From the IMG/VR virus record IMGVR_UViG_3300017743_000005, positions 2,804-66,803 of that record: DNA of 64,000 bases; one strand, given 5' to 3'. The DNA comes from a virus. The position numbers and the translations under genes were made by a program. Shown here one piece after another: positions 18,557-28,498 of this stretch (positions are counted from its first letter, which is position 1; each line of letters starts with the position of its first letter). The notes beneath the pieces were generated by a model. It was not told the origin of the DNA and did no database searches. It was given only the letters and a program-made list of their open reading frames with translations.

Positions 18557-20374
18557 TTAATCTAACTTAACTTCTTTTTCTAAATTTTCCACAAAATTTT
18601 TAACAGATTCTTCTGTTTCTACAAGTAGTTTTTGTGTATCTCCTGTATGCTCTGATTGTTTTCTTGTAAGAAAATCATCTAACTTTCTTAAATCAGATTC
18701 TAATTTTAGTGGACTTTCAGTTGTTCTTCCTGATATGTGTCTTTCATCTGCCCCAAGTGGATCACGTCCCATTGGTTTGTCATCTGGATGATCGTATTTT
18801 TTGTTTTTGTTTTTTCGTTTCTTTTCTTCTTTTCGTTTTTGATGCACTTTGTCATCTATATCAGATTCACCAAAATTAAATGAATTGTCATTGTCTTCGG
18901 AGTCTTCATCATCTGCTTTATTATCTTCTGCCGCTGGATCAGTTCCTTCGTTTTGAATACTCTCTAATCTAAAAAATTCTTTCGCATCATCAACAAAATC
19001 TTTGCGAATTTCTGCAACTTCATCTTCAGCAAGTCCAAATATTTTATCATAAACCCACTCTTTTGAAAACATTTTAGCATCAATCATATCACGGGCAGTA
19101 TTTAGTTTTTCTGATAATATTCTGACTCGTTCTTCTTCAAATATAGTAGACGGATTGGTAAGTGATAAATTAAAATCAACCAATTTACTGTCTTTATATC
19201 CCTGTGAATATAAGTGAACTACTGCAATTTTAGTTAATTCACTTAGTAATATTCGTTGCACTCGTTCAATTGTTCGTGCAAATCGAATATCCTCGGCCGC
19301 AAGTGTTGCTTTACCTGTTATACCTTCTTCGTACCCTAGAAATGCTTTTGGTACTTTAAGTGCCGCCATCATTTTGTTTTTAACATATTCAATATCTTCT
19401 GTTCCATCATATGTCATTCCACCCAGACTTTCTATGCGTGTCCCACTGTCACCACCCCGTACAGGTAAAAAGAAATCCTCGGTCATATTTTGTAAATTGA
19501 ATTTAAGGTTATAGTCACCTGTTTGTTGATCTACGTATGGAACTTTTTTCATTTTATTGATCACCTTCTGCATAAAGTTATCAACTTCATTCGGAGGAAT
19601 GTTACCAATATCAATGTAAAACATTCGTTTTTCAGGTGCTCGCATTATTCTGTGAATAAGCATGGCATCTTCCATCAATTGAAGTTGTTTCCATGAACGA
19701 CGTGCCGATTCAATCATACTTTTTCCATATGGTAAGAAGTTTGTATCACCGAGTAGTCTGAAGTGAGCAATTTCGTAATTTTCATACGATGCTTTATTTG
19801 CACCCTCTTGTTTGAAACATACATACGCAGGATTTTCAGGATCCAAATCTTCAATTCTTGTCATTTCATATGTAGAAATTGGTTTAACATTCAAGACTCC
19901 GTAGTCAGGTTCAATTTCTAAATGCAGATAAAAATCTCCATATTTACACATATTCCTAGTCCACCCCCATAAATTAAATTCGATATTTAATATTTCATAA
20001 AATAAATTTTCAAGTATACCTTTTACGTTGGAATCTTGACTTGATATTTTTAAAACTTCACCAAATTCACTTTTAGTAGTACATTCATCGGAATAAATAT
20101 CCAATGCACTTGATAAAATTGGATCGTTGTCCATTACATCATAATCATTGAATAATTCAAGTCTTGCTGTTTGAAATCCTATATTGTTGTGCATACTTAC
20201 ATAATCACTATACATTGTATGCATTCTATTATACTTATCACGTACACTACTAGAGTGTTGAATATCATCAGTATCAACTACTTTTAATTTTTTTCCACCT
20301 ACATTTCTAACTATAACATCAGAAGAAAATAAACGTTTAAGTCCGGCAAATAATTTGTTTTTTGGTTTAGCCAT
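18557..20374 (-). CDS. gp20: Portal vertex protein
   Basis: LMEDAMLIHRIMRAPEKRMFYIDIGNIP, EDFFLPVRGGDSGTRIESL and ALKVPKAFL motifs. Confidence 0.96.
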   Translation of the reverse strand: MAKPKNKLFAGLKRLFSSDVIVRNVGGKKLKVVDTDDIQHSSSVRDKYNRMHTMYSDYVSMHNNIGFQTARLELFNDYDVMDNDPILSSALDIYSDECTTKSEFGEVLKISSQDSNVKGILENLFYEILNIEFNLWGWTRNMCKYGDFYLHLEIEPDYGVLNVKPISTYEMTRIEDLDPENPAYVCFKQEGANKASYENYEIAHFRLLGDTNFLPYGKSMIESARRSWKQLQLMEDAMLIHRIMRAPEKRMFYIDIGNIPPNEVDNFMQKVINKMKKVPYVDQQTGDYNLKFNLQNMTEDFFLPVRGGDSGTRIESLGGMTYDGTEDIEYVKNKMMAALKVPKAFLGYEEGITGKATLAAEDIRFARTIERVQRILLSELTKIAVVHLYSQGYKDSKLVDFNLSLTNPSTIFEEERVRILSEKLNTARDMIDAKMFSKEWVYDKIFGLAEDEVAEIRKDFVDDAKEFFRLESIQNEGTDPAAEDNKADDEDSEDNDNSFNFGESDIDDKVHQKRKEEKKRKNKNKKYDHPDDKPMGRDPLGADERHISGRTTESPLKLESDLRKLDDFLTRKQSEHTGDTQKLLVETEESVKNFVENLEKEVKLD

Positions 20375-20396
20375 TTTTTTTACTTATAAGATTATC

Positions 20397-20425
20397 ATCT
20401 TAGATTATACAATTGAGTATGTCAA
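20397..20425 (-). promoter_or_regulatory. Sigma70-like promoter upstream of portal
   Basis: TTGACA-N17-TAAGAT. Confidence 0.6.
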
Positions 20426-20434
20426 GTTTATACA

Positions 20435-21040
20435 TCAATTAAACTCACTTGCAGCTCCTATGATGTCACCTCCATCAAATCCTTGGAATGGTCCAAGTGG
20501 ATTCTTTTCTTTTTCTAAACGATCAATATTTTTTTCACCTGAATATAAAACATATTCAACGGTGTCATCCACTATCAAAATTAAGACACTTATATTCCAA
20601 CCTGTTGTATGTATGGTTTTTCTAAAATTCAGTATATCCAGAAATACACTTCCTTCTCTTTTGTTTTTTATTCGTTCCAAATTTATTTCATACGCAAGTC
20701 CATCTTCTCTTGCAGATAGCATCTTTAATACACCAACCGGAAGTTCTATTTTGTTGAATAATGTATATCGTGATGGACTATCTAACTTAAACTTGGTCAT
20801 AACATCAAGATATGTTAAACGTTTAACATTAGGCATATTTTCTAAATCAAGACCCATTGAAACCAGGTATTCATACTTGGTTTCACCTGGAACAATACCG
20901 TCAACTAAATCTTCAACTTGCATATATGTTTGAAATGCAGATTCTGTGTATACTCCCTTGGTCGGTAGAAGTGATTGCGTTGTACATCCTCCTGTTAATA
21001 ATATTCCGATAGTTATGAGTATATTCTGCGTTTTTTTCAT
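20435..21040 (-). CDS. Putative lipoprotein
   Basis: Start ATG 21040 with AGGA SD; signal peptide MKKTQNILITIGILLTGG-C with a lipobox-like cysteine. Confidence 0.7.
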   Translation of the reverse strand: MKKTQNILITIGILLTGGCTTQSLLPTKGVYTESAFQTYMQVEDLVDGIVPGETKYEYLVSMGLDLENMPNVKRLTYLDVMTKFKLDSPSRYTLFNKIELPVGVLKMLSAREDGLAYEINLERIKNKREGSVFLDILNFRKTIHTTGWNISVLILIVDDTVEYVLYSGEKNIDRLEKEKNPLGPFQGFDGGDIIGAASEFN

Positions 21041-21063
21041 ATTTGTGTTTCCTGTTGATTTTA

Positions 21064-22650
21064 CTAAAATAGCCAATTTATATTTTCTTTTTTGCCATGT
21101 GCTGTATTAATTTCATATGGATTTGTAGATAATCCCGATTGACCGAATGGTGTAGAGTCAAGTTGAGTTGAACTTCCCATGTAATCAAATAAAGACTTTT
21201 GTGTTTGAACATTTTCACTTCTAAACCTCAATGCAGTATCTCTAACCCACAAACCCATACACAAACTAAGTGTTAAGTCATCGTTGTATCCTTGCATTGC
21301 CTCTGCACGTTGACCGTTCCAAACGAAAGTAAATAATTCTTCTACCATTCTCTCCGAGAAAATTTCCACTTCTTTCTCACGTATGTAACTTTCCATTTTA
21401 GAAATTATAAGTGGTCTTGTTTTAATTGAAGTAGTAAATCCAGGAACTTGCTTTTTTTCCATACGATTTATTTTGTTTGTGTGTTGTGTCAACTCATCAA
21501 TATACTGATAATCTCTCTGCGTGTAGTACAAATTAGCATATCCTTTATCAATAATCTGTTGTAATACTGCCCATCCTATATTTGCATTTTCAACTACAAG
21601 TAACGCATTATTAAACTCACTGGCAACTGCTACTAATAAGTTTCCATAATCTTTTGTCTCAATGTCTCCCTTAAATTCTGCTACTTGTCTCACATTATCT
21701 ACATCAAAAACATGAAATGCACTTTTATCACGACCATCACCTCTTGCAACATCAGCCGCAACCACATAGTGCTTTGCGTGATTTGGATACTCCCACATCC
21801 AATATTCTTTGTTTGCTCCTCGTTTTTCAATTGGTTCTTTTGTCATGTTATTTTTGTACCAATCAAGAACCGAAGCATCCACTACCGAACGACCACTGCT
21901 AATAAAGTCGCAATCACATTCTTGAGCAGCGTCTTTTTCACCGAGATTTTTTGTTTGTAAATCTCTCCAAGTTTGATCTCTATCCGGATGCAATGACCAA
22001 TGCAAATTGATAGGATTAAATTCATTTGATGCGTCTTGTGTCCCAACCCAAGTTTTATGGAAAAAATTACCAATTCCGTTTGGAGTTGATAATAATATAG
22101 ACCTACCACCAGTTGTAATTGTTGATTGTGATGCAGTCCATATTTCTTCCATGTTCGTAATAAACGCACACTCGTCAACGATAAGCAAACTCAATGAAGA
22201 TGAACGAGATGCATCAACACTGCTTGAAGCTGCACGTATGTTACTTCCATTTTTGAAACGCATACTGAGTTTATTCTTTTCAGTACACTCACTGCGTAAC
22301 CAAGATGGTAGAAAATCTGCCATATGAGTCACCTTGGTAACAATGTTCTTTGCCGTTTCTTGATTGATCGCAATACACAATATAGATTTATCGGTGAAGA
22401 ATGTCATCAACCACAAAGCATATCCAGATACAAGTGTGGATATCCCCATTTGTCGTGCTTTTAGAACAATGTTAAATTGCTCATCACGAAAACTTTCAAG
22501 AGTTTTAGTTTGAAAGTCGTATAAATTAAATGGAATTGTACCCAACGTTGGATGTTGAATTTTACAATACTTCTTCATAAAATATGCAGGTGACTTTAAG
22601 CACTCGGCATATTCTTGTTTTATTAATTCTCTTAATGGTAATTTGCCCAT
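21064..22650 (-). CDS. gp17: Terminase large subunit
   Basis: LKARQMGIST (Walker A), LLIVDECAF (Walker B), LSTPNG, ADVARGDG.D and NDDL nuclease motifs. Confidence 0.96.
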   Translation of the reverse strand: MGKLPLRELIKQEYAECLKSPAYFMKKYCKIQHPTLGTIPFNLYDFQTKTLESFRDEQFNIVLKARQMGISTLVSGYALWLMTFFTDKSILCIAINQETAKNIVTKVTHMADFLPSWLRSECTEKNKLSMRFKNGSNIRAASSSVDASRSSSLSLLIVDECAFITNMEEIWTASQSTITTGGRSILLSTPNGIGNFFHKTWVGTQDASNEFNPINLHWSLHPDRDQTWRDLQTKNLGEKDAAQECDCDFISSGRSVVDASVLDWYKNNMTKEPIEKRGANKEYWMWEYPNHAKHYVVAADVARGDGRDKSAFHVFDVDNVRQVAEFKGDIETKDYGNLLVAVASEFNNALLVVENANIGWAVLQQIIDKGYANLYYTQRDYQYIDELTQHTNKINRMEKKQVPGFTTSIKTRPLIISKMESYIREKEVEIFSERMVEELFTFVWNGQRAEAMQGYNDDLTLSLCMGLWVRDTALRFRSENVQTQKSLFDYMGSSTQLDSTPFGQSGLSTNPYEINTAHGKKENINWLF

Positions 22651-22727
22651 TAAAGATAAATATGTATATATTTAATTTTCTATAATATAAAAGTTAAAGG
22701 TATCGTCGAAACTTTTATATTTAAGTA

Positions 22728-23342
22728 TCAACAAAATTCAAGTAATTCAGAATCTACCTTTTCTAAACGGTCATCTAGTTCCTTTAAATCAGACTCAAGT
22801 TCGTTTAATAATTCTTCTTTGTTTGGTAGATTCCATCTTTCAAATGATCCGTCTTCGTTTAGAAAGTCTGAATCTTTAGTAATATGTTCTTTTGATTCAA
22901 CGAGTCTAATACGAGTTTCTGTTAAAAAACTTTTTTCATTTTCTAACATAGTTTTTTTCTCGTATGCTTCGTATGTTCCTGCTTCTTTTAATTTTTGTTC
23001 GTATTCTTGTACACAATCAAAGCACATTCCTTTCATTGCAAGCATTCTTTTGTCTAAATTCTTAGTAGGATCAACAGTACAAAGTTTTTTTGGGCAGTTA
23101 GGTGCTTCTCTTAAACTTTTACGAACCGTGTCCATTATAGTCTCAGTTCTTACTTTTGAGTTACTTCCAACCTGCTTCCATTCTTTTCCATCTTTGTCAG
23201 TCCAAACTTCTCCTGGTTGACGAATAACAAGTTCTTCAACTTCTCCTTCATATCCATGTACTTTTGGAAGTTCCTCACCCTCAAATAATTTACGTGATCT
23301 ACCAATCACATATTTCAAATCGTCTTTATCCATTTTAGCCAT
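22728..23342 (-). CDS. Hypothetical protein with Cys cluster (possible zinc binding)
   Basis: CPKKLC...CFDC; start reassigned to ATG 23342 because the track's TTG start is a TTGACA -35 box. Confidence 0.65.
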   Translation of the reverse strand: MAKMDKDDLKYVIGRSRKLFEGEELPKVHGYEGEVEELVIRQPGEVWTDKDGKEWKQVGSNSKVRTETIMDTVRKSLREAPNCPKKLCTVDPTKNLDKRMLAMKGMCFDCVQEYEQKLKEAGTYEAYEKKTMLENEKSFLTETRIRLVESKEHITKDSDFLNEDGSFERWNLPNKEELLNELESDLKELDDRLEKVDSELLEFC

Positions 23343-23381
23343 AACACTTATTATTCCACTTTTATTTAGTTTTGTCAAATA

Positions 23382-23783
23382 CTAATATAAATTTTTAAAC
23401 TTTTTGATACATTCATCTAAGAAAATATTTATTAAAAAATTTTCATAACGAAACCGATGTTTCTTTCTTTGTGTATCTGTTAAATCATACTGCATAAAAT
23501 ATAATTTTTCACAACAATCTTCTTTTTTCCTAAGTCGGTCTGATATTGCTATTGTTATTTTTTTAATAGAAGCATATTCTTCACCATACCCATACAAATA
23601 ATAAACACATAATGAAACATTTTTAGCTTCATCGTTTATTGCATGAACAAATTCTCTATCAAGATATGTTATCGGTTGTGGAAGAATTGTCTTCTGTGAT
23701 GTACGAAATCGTCTAGAAACATCACTAACAAGTTTCTCAATTTCCATTTCTTTCAGATAAATGTTTCCATTCAACTTGATCAC
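23382..23783 (-). CDS. Hypothetical protein
   Basis: GTG start with AGGAG SD. Confidence 0.55.
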   Translation of the reverse strand: MIKLNGNIYLKEMEIEKLVSDVSRRFRTSQKTILPQPITYLDREFVHAINDEAKNVSLCVYYLYGYGEEYASIKKITIAISDRLRKKEDCCEKLYFMQYDLTDTQRKKHRFRYENFLINIFLDECIKKFKNLY

Positions 23784-23876
23784 GATAAAATCTCCTATAT
23801 AATAATCGTATATGTACCCTGCTTTGCTACAAAGTTTGACTTTAACATAACATTTCCGATTACCACATCTATGAGT

Positions 23877-25139
23877 TTAATCATATTTACCCTTCTTAAA
23901 ATCTTTTCTATCGTATGATTTCTTACTCTTCATTGGTCTACTTTTGGGTAAGGTTTCTTTTCGTACTTTTTTATATGCGTCCAGTTTTGTCATCAACTTT
24001 TTCTTTTTAGACTCCGACAATTTTTTTATTTTATGAACAAGCATTTTGATGTATTCTTTTTTACTACCACGACCTTTAAAATATGGACTTTGATCACTAA
24101 GCATTTGTGCAATATCAAGCATTGCTTTTAATTCTTTTACATCTTCTTCATTTTCTTTGTTTTCATTCATTTCAGTCCATCCTGTTTTTGGTACAAATTG
24201 ATATCTTTCAAGTTCAACACCCTTTGGAGATAATACCATCAAAAATTCGTTTCCTTTAGCACGAACTTTTTTGAAAGTAAATTTGTCGTTTGGGTATTCT
24301 TGCTTCCACTGTTTCTTTATTTCGTTTGCAGTTTTGTAACTAATCTGCTCCGATATGGTTGATTCCGTTGGTACTTTTTCAGGTAAGTCATCGTGTTTTG
24401 TTTTTGCTAGTTTTTTGGCATCCTTTTTGGTCATCCCACTTGCGATTTTCTCAATCTTTGCGTATAAACCACTACCTACATCAGTCTTTTCCAATTCACC
24501 ATTATTGTATGCGTGTACCATTCCGAATAATCTCTGTTGTGATTTAGAATTTGCTTTTTCATTTATTGGTCCATCGAGTTTTGTGAATTCTACATAGTAC
24601 AAATCTTTTTTTGGTAAATGAAAAATCTTGCCACCAACTTTATCTGTGTGATTTAAGGCTTCTTTTTTATCTTTGAAGCAAAATGGTTTTAGTTTTCCGT
24701 TAACATAACGTGCAGATACTTCTAATTTAGAATCGTTAACACTTAATGTATAAACTCCGTGTTTTTTCAGTACACTTGACTCATTTACCTTTTCATTTTC
24801 CTTGTTTCGTACTCTCTTTAGTCTTTCTTTTTCTTTAAGTTTTACCACCGGCATAAGTTTTCTTGAAATCTTATTAAGAACTGCCTTTTTAGATACGAGT
24901 TTCTTATCAATCATTTCTTTCTGACTCAATGACAAATTAGAATATTTTTTTCCTCCTGTCATTTTTTTTACGATTATATTTTTTGCAGTTTTATCTGCCA
25001 CTTTTTTAAGTTGATCGGTAGTCTTCATTCGTTTTGCACGAATTCTTTTTTTAATGGCACGTTTCCGTGCAGTTCGTTTTGCAGATCTTGCTAATTTAAT
25101 TCTAGCTGCTCTTGACAATCTTTTCTCGGATACACTCAC
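23877..25139 (-). CDS. Basic modular protein, probable internal head polyprotein
   Basis: Very K/R-rich. Contains a KANSKSQQRLFGMVHA...AKTKHDDLPEKV module; modules are separated by VNE/INE/ISE/LSE sites. Confidence 0.6.
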   Translation of the reverse strand: MSVSEKRLSRAARIKLARSAKRTARKRAIKKRIRAKRMKTTDQLKKVADKTAKNIIVKKMTGGKKYSNLSLSQKEMIDKKLVSKKAVLNKISRKLMPVVKLKEKERLKRVRNKENEKVNESSVLKKHGVYTLSVNDSKLEVSARYVNGKLKPFCFKDKKEALNHTDKVGGKIFHLPKKDLYYVEFTKLDGPINEKANSKSQQRLFGMVHAYNNGELEKTDVGSGLYAKIEKIASGMTKKDAKKLAKTKHDDLPEKVPTESTISEQISYKTANEIKKQWKQEYPNDKFTFKKVRAKGNEFLMVLSPKGVELERYQFVPKTGWTEMNENKENEEDVKELKAMLDIAQMLSDQSPYFKGRGSKKEYIKMLVHKIKKLSESKKKKLMTKLDAYKKVRKETLPKSRPMKSKKSYDRKDFKKGKYD

Positions 25140-25142
25140 AAT

Positions 25143-27641
25143 TTAAAACCTCATTATTCCCATAATTTGATTTATAGGAGCAAATGTTCCCGTGAGTTTA
25201 TATGTTCCACCTTTATATTGAAATACAACTCCTTCACTTGGTGCGATTACTTTTGCTCCACCAATCGCAGTTAATCTATCAAGATTTTTGAAAAGTTTTG
25301 CTATATCTTTTTTAAACTTATCAGGTGATTCCACCGAACTAATCTTTTTTGCTTTTAAAGTTTTAGTGTGTGCATCGAGTGCCTTTGCTATATCATCACT
25401 TCCACCAGCAGCCACAAATCCTTTAACATTTTGCAGAACTTCTGCTCCGAGTTTTAAAAATATGAATTGGAAAGGCCACATATTTGCTTCAAATTGCTTT
25501 ACCGTGTCTTCTTTTTCAAACTTGGTAACCCAAGCAAGCAACTTGGGTTGTTCAGATAATTCTTTTTTAATTGTAGTAATTTTATTAGACTTATCGTTAT
25601 ATGCCCAACGACCAATAAGTGCTTCGTATACTTTTGCAGGAAATATCTCTTTTAATTTGCTTTGTTGCTTATTCAAAAGATTTCTCCACCACGCATCGTG
25701 ATACTTCATTACTTTATCGTTGTCTTTTAATTTAAATTCTTTTTTAAGTTTGTCAATCATCGCAGAATATTTTTTAAACGAATCACCAAATGTTTTGCTT
25801 TTAGGAAGTTCCACTACAATTGGTGCATTCAACGAATACCGACTTTGAACATCTGCATTGATTTGTTTGAGCATTCCACTTAACATACGAGCAGAATCTT
25901 TTAATTCACTTGTTATGTCGTTTCCATCAGAATCTTCTGAAACTGGTTTTCCTGCGGAATTGTATGCTTGTGTTCCGTGAAAAACCAACATATCTACATT
26001 TTGAGGAATAACATTCTGTGTAGCAGGTGTCATAACCTCTATGTTCATAAATCGTTCACCTTCTTTAAATACTTTATTTTTTTGTGCATCGGATAACTTT
26101 GAAATTGCTGATTCTAAATCTTTAACTGCACTTACGAACGCATCACGAATGTTTTCAGGACGATCCGCAAAAATGTTTTCAAACTGAGTAACATCAGGTG
26201 CAGCTGCACCTGCGTTTTTCAAATGACCTTGGTTTCTCGCCGAGACCAACTTTCCATCTTTCCAAGAGAACATCAAATTTTGACCATCAAGTTTTTCAGT
26301 AACTTCCTTTTCAACATTAAGTTCACCTGCAAGTGACCTACGAATCATTTCTTTTAAATCGGCAAACGTTAAATCTTTATCATCAAATGGGTGACTCATA
26401 TGACCAGCTGCACCACCTTCACTTAAAAGTTTTCCTTCACTTACCTGCCCATGAACTCCTATCTTTATCTTATCTTGCTTTTCGTTTTTTTCTATATCAA
26501 TGACGTTATCTGTTTTTAAATTTTCATCACCTTGTTCATCTTTTTTACGTATAGAATCTTCCGCACCAATGAAATCAACGAGTTTAAATCCTGCGGTTTC
26601 TGCGACTTCTTTAATAAAATTAAACCAAGCATTATATGCTTTTAATGTTTCTTCAATATTAATTTGATTAGTAGGTGAACCTACATCAATGGCACCTGCT
26701 GGATAATAAGAAACCGCCGGAACGGGTCCAGAATATTCACCAAAATGACGATAGTCTCTATCTTGACCTACATTGTTTTTTCCAAGTAAGTAATTTAATA
26801 CATCATAACCAATATCAGTTGCATCATTATTAGCAAACTTTCTGTAATTACCCGAAGTATAAAATCCACTTGGTCCATCATCAACCATTGATTTACCCTG
26901 TGAAGATATTGAACTTATTTCATTTAATATACTTGGAAGTGTTTCAACAAGTTTTTCAAACTTTGGATATTCATTTAGAAAATTTTCAAAAATTTCTTCG
27001 TTTTCAAATAATGTTCCGAACTTCTTAGTGAGATACTTAAATATTTTTTCGTCATACCAACCGAACAATTCTTTAAATGCAGTTTTTTTAGTATCCTGAT
27101 CAAATGTAGTTTTTCCAAGTAATTCTCGTATCCTAGTTCCACTTACTTCTTTTCCTAAAACTTTTATGCTTACATGGGGTGCGATCATTAAGTATGCACC
27201 ATCACGATAACCCACTTCTGCTTTTCCTTCCCACGGACGGAAGAACTTTCCTTTGCTTAATCTATCTGCATCTTTTTTTCCAACTAAAAAAACAGCAGAT
27301 GTGGTTTTTTCATCGTGTCGTTTCAATATCTCTTCTGCTTTATATGGATTTTTAACTTTGGAAATGTTTCGCACACCGTGCTTTGCCCATATTAATTTCT
27401 TTGCATTATAATCCAACGGACTATCAATAGAATTCGTTTTATCACTTGTTGCAACCCATGCTTCATCGAATTGCTTTTCAAACCATTTATATGTCTTATA
27501 GTGATGCAATCCAGCAGGTTGAAATCTACCAGAATATATTCCAATTACTTTTTGTATGCTTGATTCTTCTGTGAGAATATCATTTACCATATACTCGGTT
27601 AACTTACATACATAAGAAGATTTGTTGTCAATCGGGTTCAT
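25143..27641 (-). CDS. Fusion of an HIGH-like nucleotidyltransferase and an RNA-ligase-like (KxDG) domain
   Basis: N-terminal IYSGRFQPAGLHH and SGTRIR; C-terminal EGGAAGHMSHPFDD, TEKLDGQN, EGVVF and YKLTGTFAPINQ. Confidence 0.7.
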   Translation of the reverse strand: MNPIDNKSSYVCKLTEYMVNDILTEESSIQKVIGIYSGRFQPAGLHHYKTYKWFEKQFDEAWVATSDKTNSIDSPLDYNAKKLIWAKHGVRNISKVKNPYKAEEILKRHDEKTTSAVFLVGKKDADRLSKGKFFRPWEGKAEVGYRDGAYLMIAPHVSIKVLGKEVSGTRIRELLGKTTFDQDTKKTAFKELFGWYDEKIFKYLTKKFGTLFENEEIFENFLNEYPKFEKLVETLPSILNEISSISSQGKSMVDDGPSGFYTSGNYRKFANNDATDIGYDVLNYLLGKNNVGQDRDYRHFGEYSGPVPAVSYYPAGAIDVGSPTNQINIEETLKAYNAWFNFIKEVAETAGFKLVDFIGAEDSIRKKDEQGDENLKTDNVIDIEKNEKQDKIKIGVHGQVSEGKLLSEGGAAGHMSHPFDDKDLTFADLKEMIRRSLAGELNVEKEVTEKLDGQNLMFSWKDGKLVSARNQGHLKNAGAAAPDVTQFENIFADRPENIRDAFVSAVKDLESAISKLSDAQKNKVFKEGERFMNIEVMTPATQNVIPQNVDMLVFHGTQAYNSAGKPVSEDSDGNDITSELKDSARMLSGMLKQINADVQSRYSLNAPIVVELPKSKTFGDSFKKYSAMIDKLKKEFKLKDNDKVMKYHDAWWRNLLNKQQSKLKEIFPAKVYEALIGRWAYNDKSNKITTIKKELSEQPKLLAWVTKFEKEDTVKQFEANMWPFQFIFLKLGAEVLQNVKGFVAAGGSDDIAKALDAHTKTLKAKKISSVESPDKFKKDIAKLFKNLDRLTAIGGAKVIAPSEGVVFQYKGGTYKLTGTFAPINQIMGIMRF

Positions 27642-28168
27642 TACTTTTTAACTATCTCAGATAATATATTACGAATTTGTTTTCTAAGTTTTTGTTCGTA
27701 CACTTTTCGTGTAACGAAGTTGTTAAATTCACCTTTTGTCATATTTGCAAGTTCATCTGCCATTTCTTCAAATCCTTTTCTTTTCAAAAACTTAATAACC
27801 TTGTCTTTTGCTTTAAGTATGCTTGTATGTAATCCAGACATAAAATTAAGTGCTTTTTTGTATTCAGGACTTGTTAGTTTTATTTCATTTGTTTTTTTCA
27901 TTTTTGATTCCTCGTATTGAGACATATAAAAATCTTCATCAGATGCAGCTGCTTGAAAATCACGATATGCTTGTTCTGCCTTTTTTCCGACTAATATTAC
28001 TTTTCCTTTTGGGTAATAAAGTATTTCATCACCCTTCTTAAATTTTACTTCACCTTTACGCAATCTTCGTTGAACTGGTAATCTTTGTTCACCTGAAACC
28101 CCATCGTACTTTGACTTCATCCAAAACGGATCGTCTTTATATCGGTTATACTCAAATACATTACTCAT
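27641..28168 (-). CDS. Hypothetical protein
   Basis: ORF track; YKDDPFWMKSKY...KKGDEILYYP module. Confidence 0.6.
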   Translation of the reverse strand: MSNVFEYNRYKDDPFWMKSKYDGVSGEQRLPVQRRLRKGEVKFKKGDEILYYPKGKVILVGKKAEQAYRDFQAAASDEDFYMSQYEESKMKKTNEIKLTSPEYKKALNFMSGLHTSILKAKDKVIKFLKRKGFEEMADELANMTKGEFNNFVTRKVYEQKLRKQIRNILSEIVKK

Positions 28169-28171
28169 AGT

Positions 28172-28498
28172 TTATCCTTCTATATAATCCTCAGGTTTTT
28201 TACTTTTTATATTCTTCTTACACGCTTCTTTTTTTTCAAAATACATATATGGTGCATTTTTTAAATACCAAGAAGTACAATGATATATCGTACCACTTAA
28301 TATAGGACCTTCGGATGATGGTGACTCGGTAAATGATCCAATGAATTCATAGTCATCTTTGTTATTCATAAATTTTTTTGATATCTTAATTGACCACGAT
28401 TCATTTCCACTTGTTCGTGTTTCATAACTCAACTTGTCTCCTGACTTTGCCAATTCAAGTTGATATCTTTCACCTAAACTTTCTGTTGTTTGTTTCAT
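28172..28498 (-). CDS. Hypothetical protein
   Basis: ORF track; start overlaps the kinase stop codon. Confidence 0.55.
   Translation of the reverse strand: MKQTTESLGERYQLELAKSGDKLSYETRTSGNESWSIKISKKFMNNKDDYEFIGSFTESPSSEGPILSGTIYHCTSWYLKNAPYMYFEKKEACKKNIKSKKPEDYIEG

Noticed and set aside
23784-23876. ncRNA or small ORF in the 93-nt gap
   Set aside because: Only a 17-codon ORF is present, with no convincing tRNA or hairpin structure.
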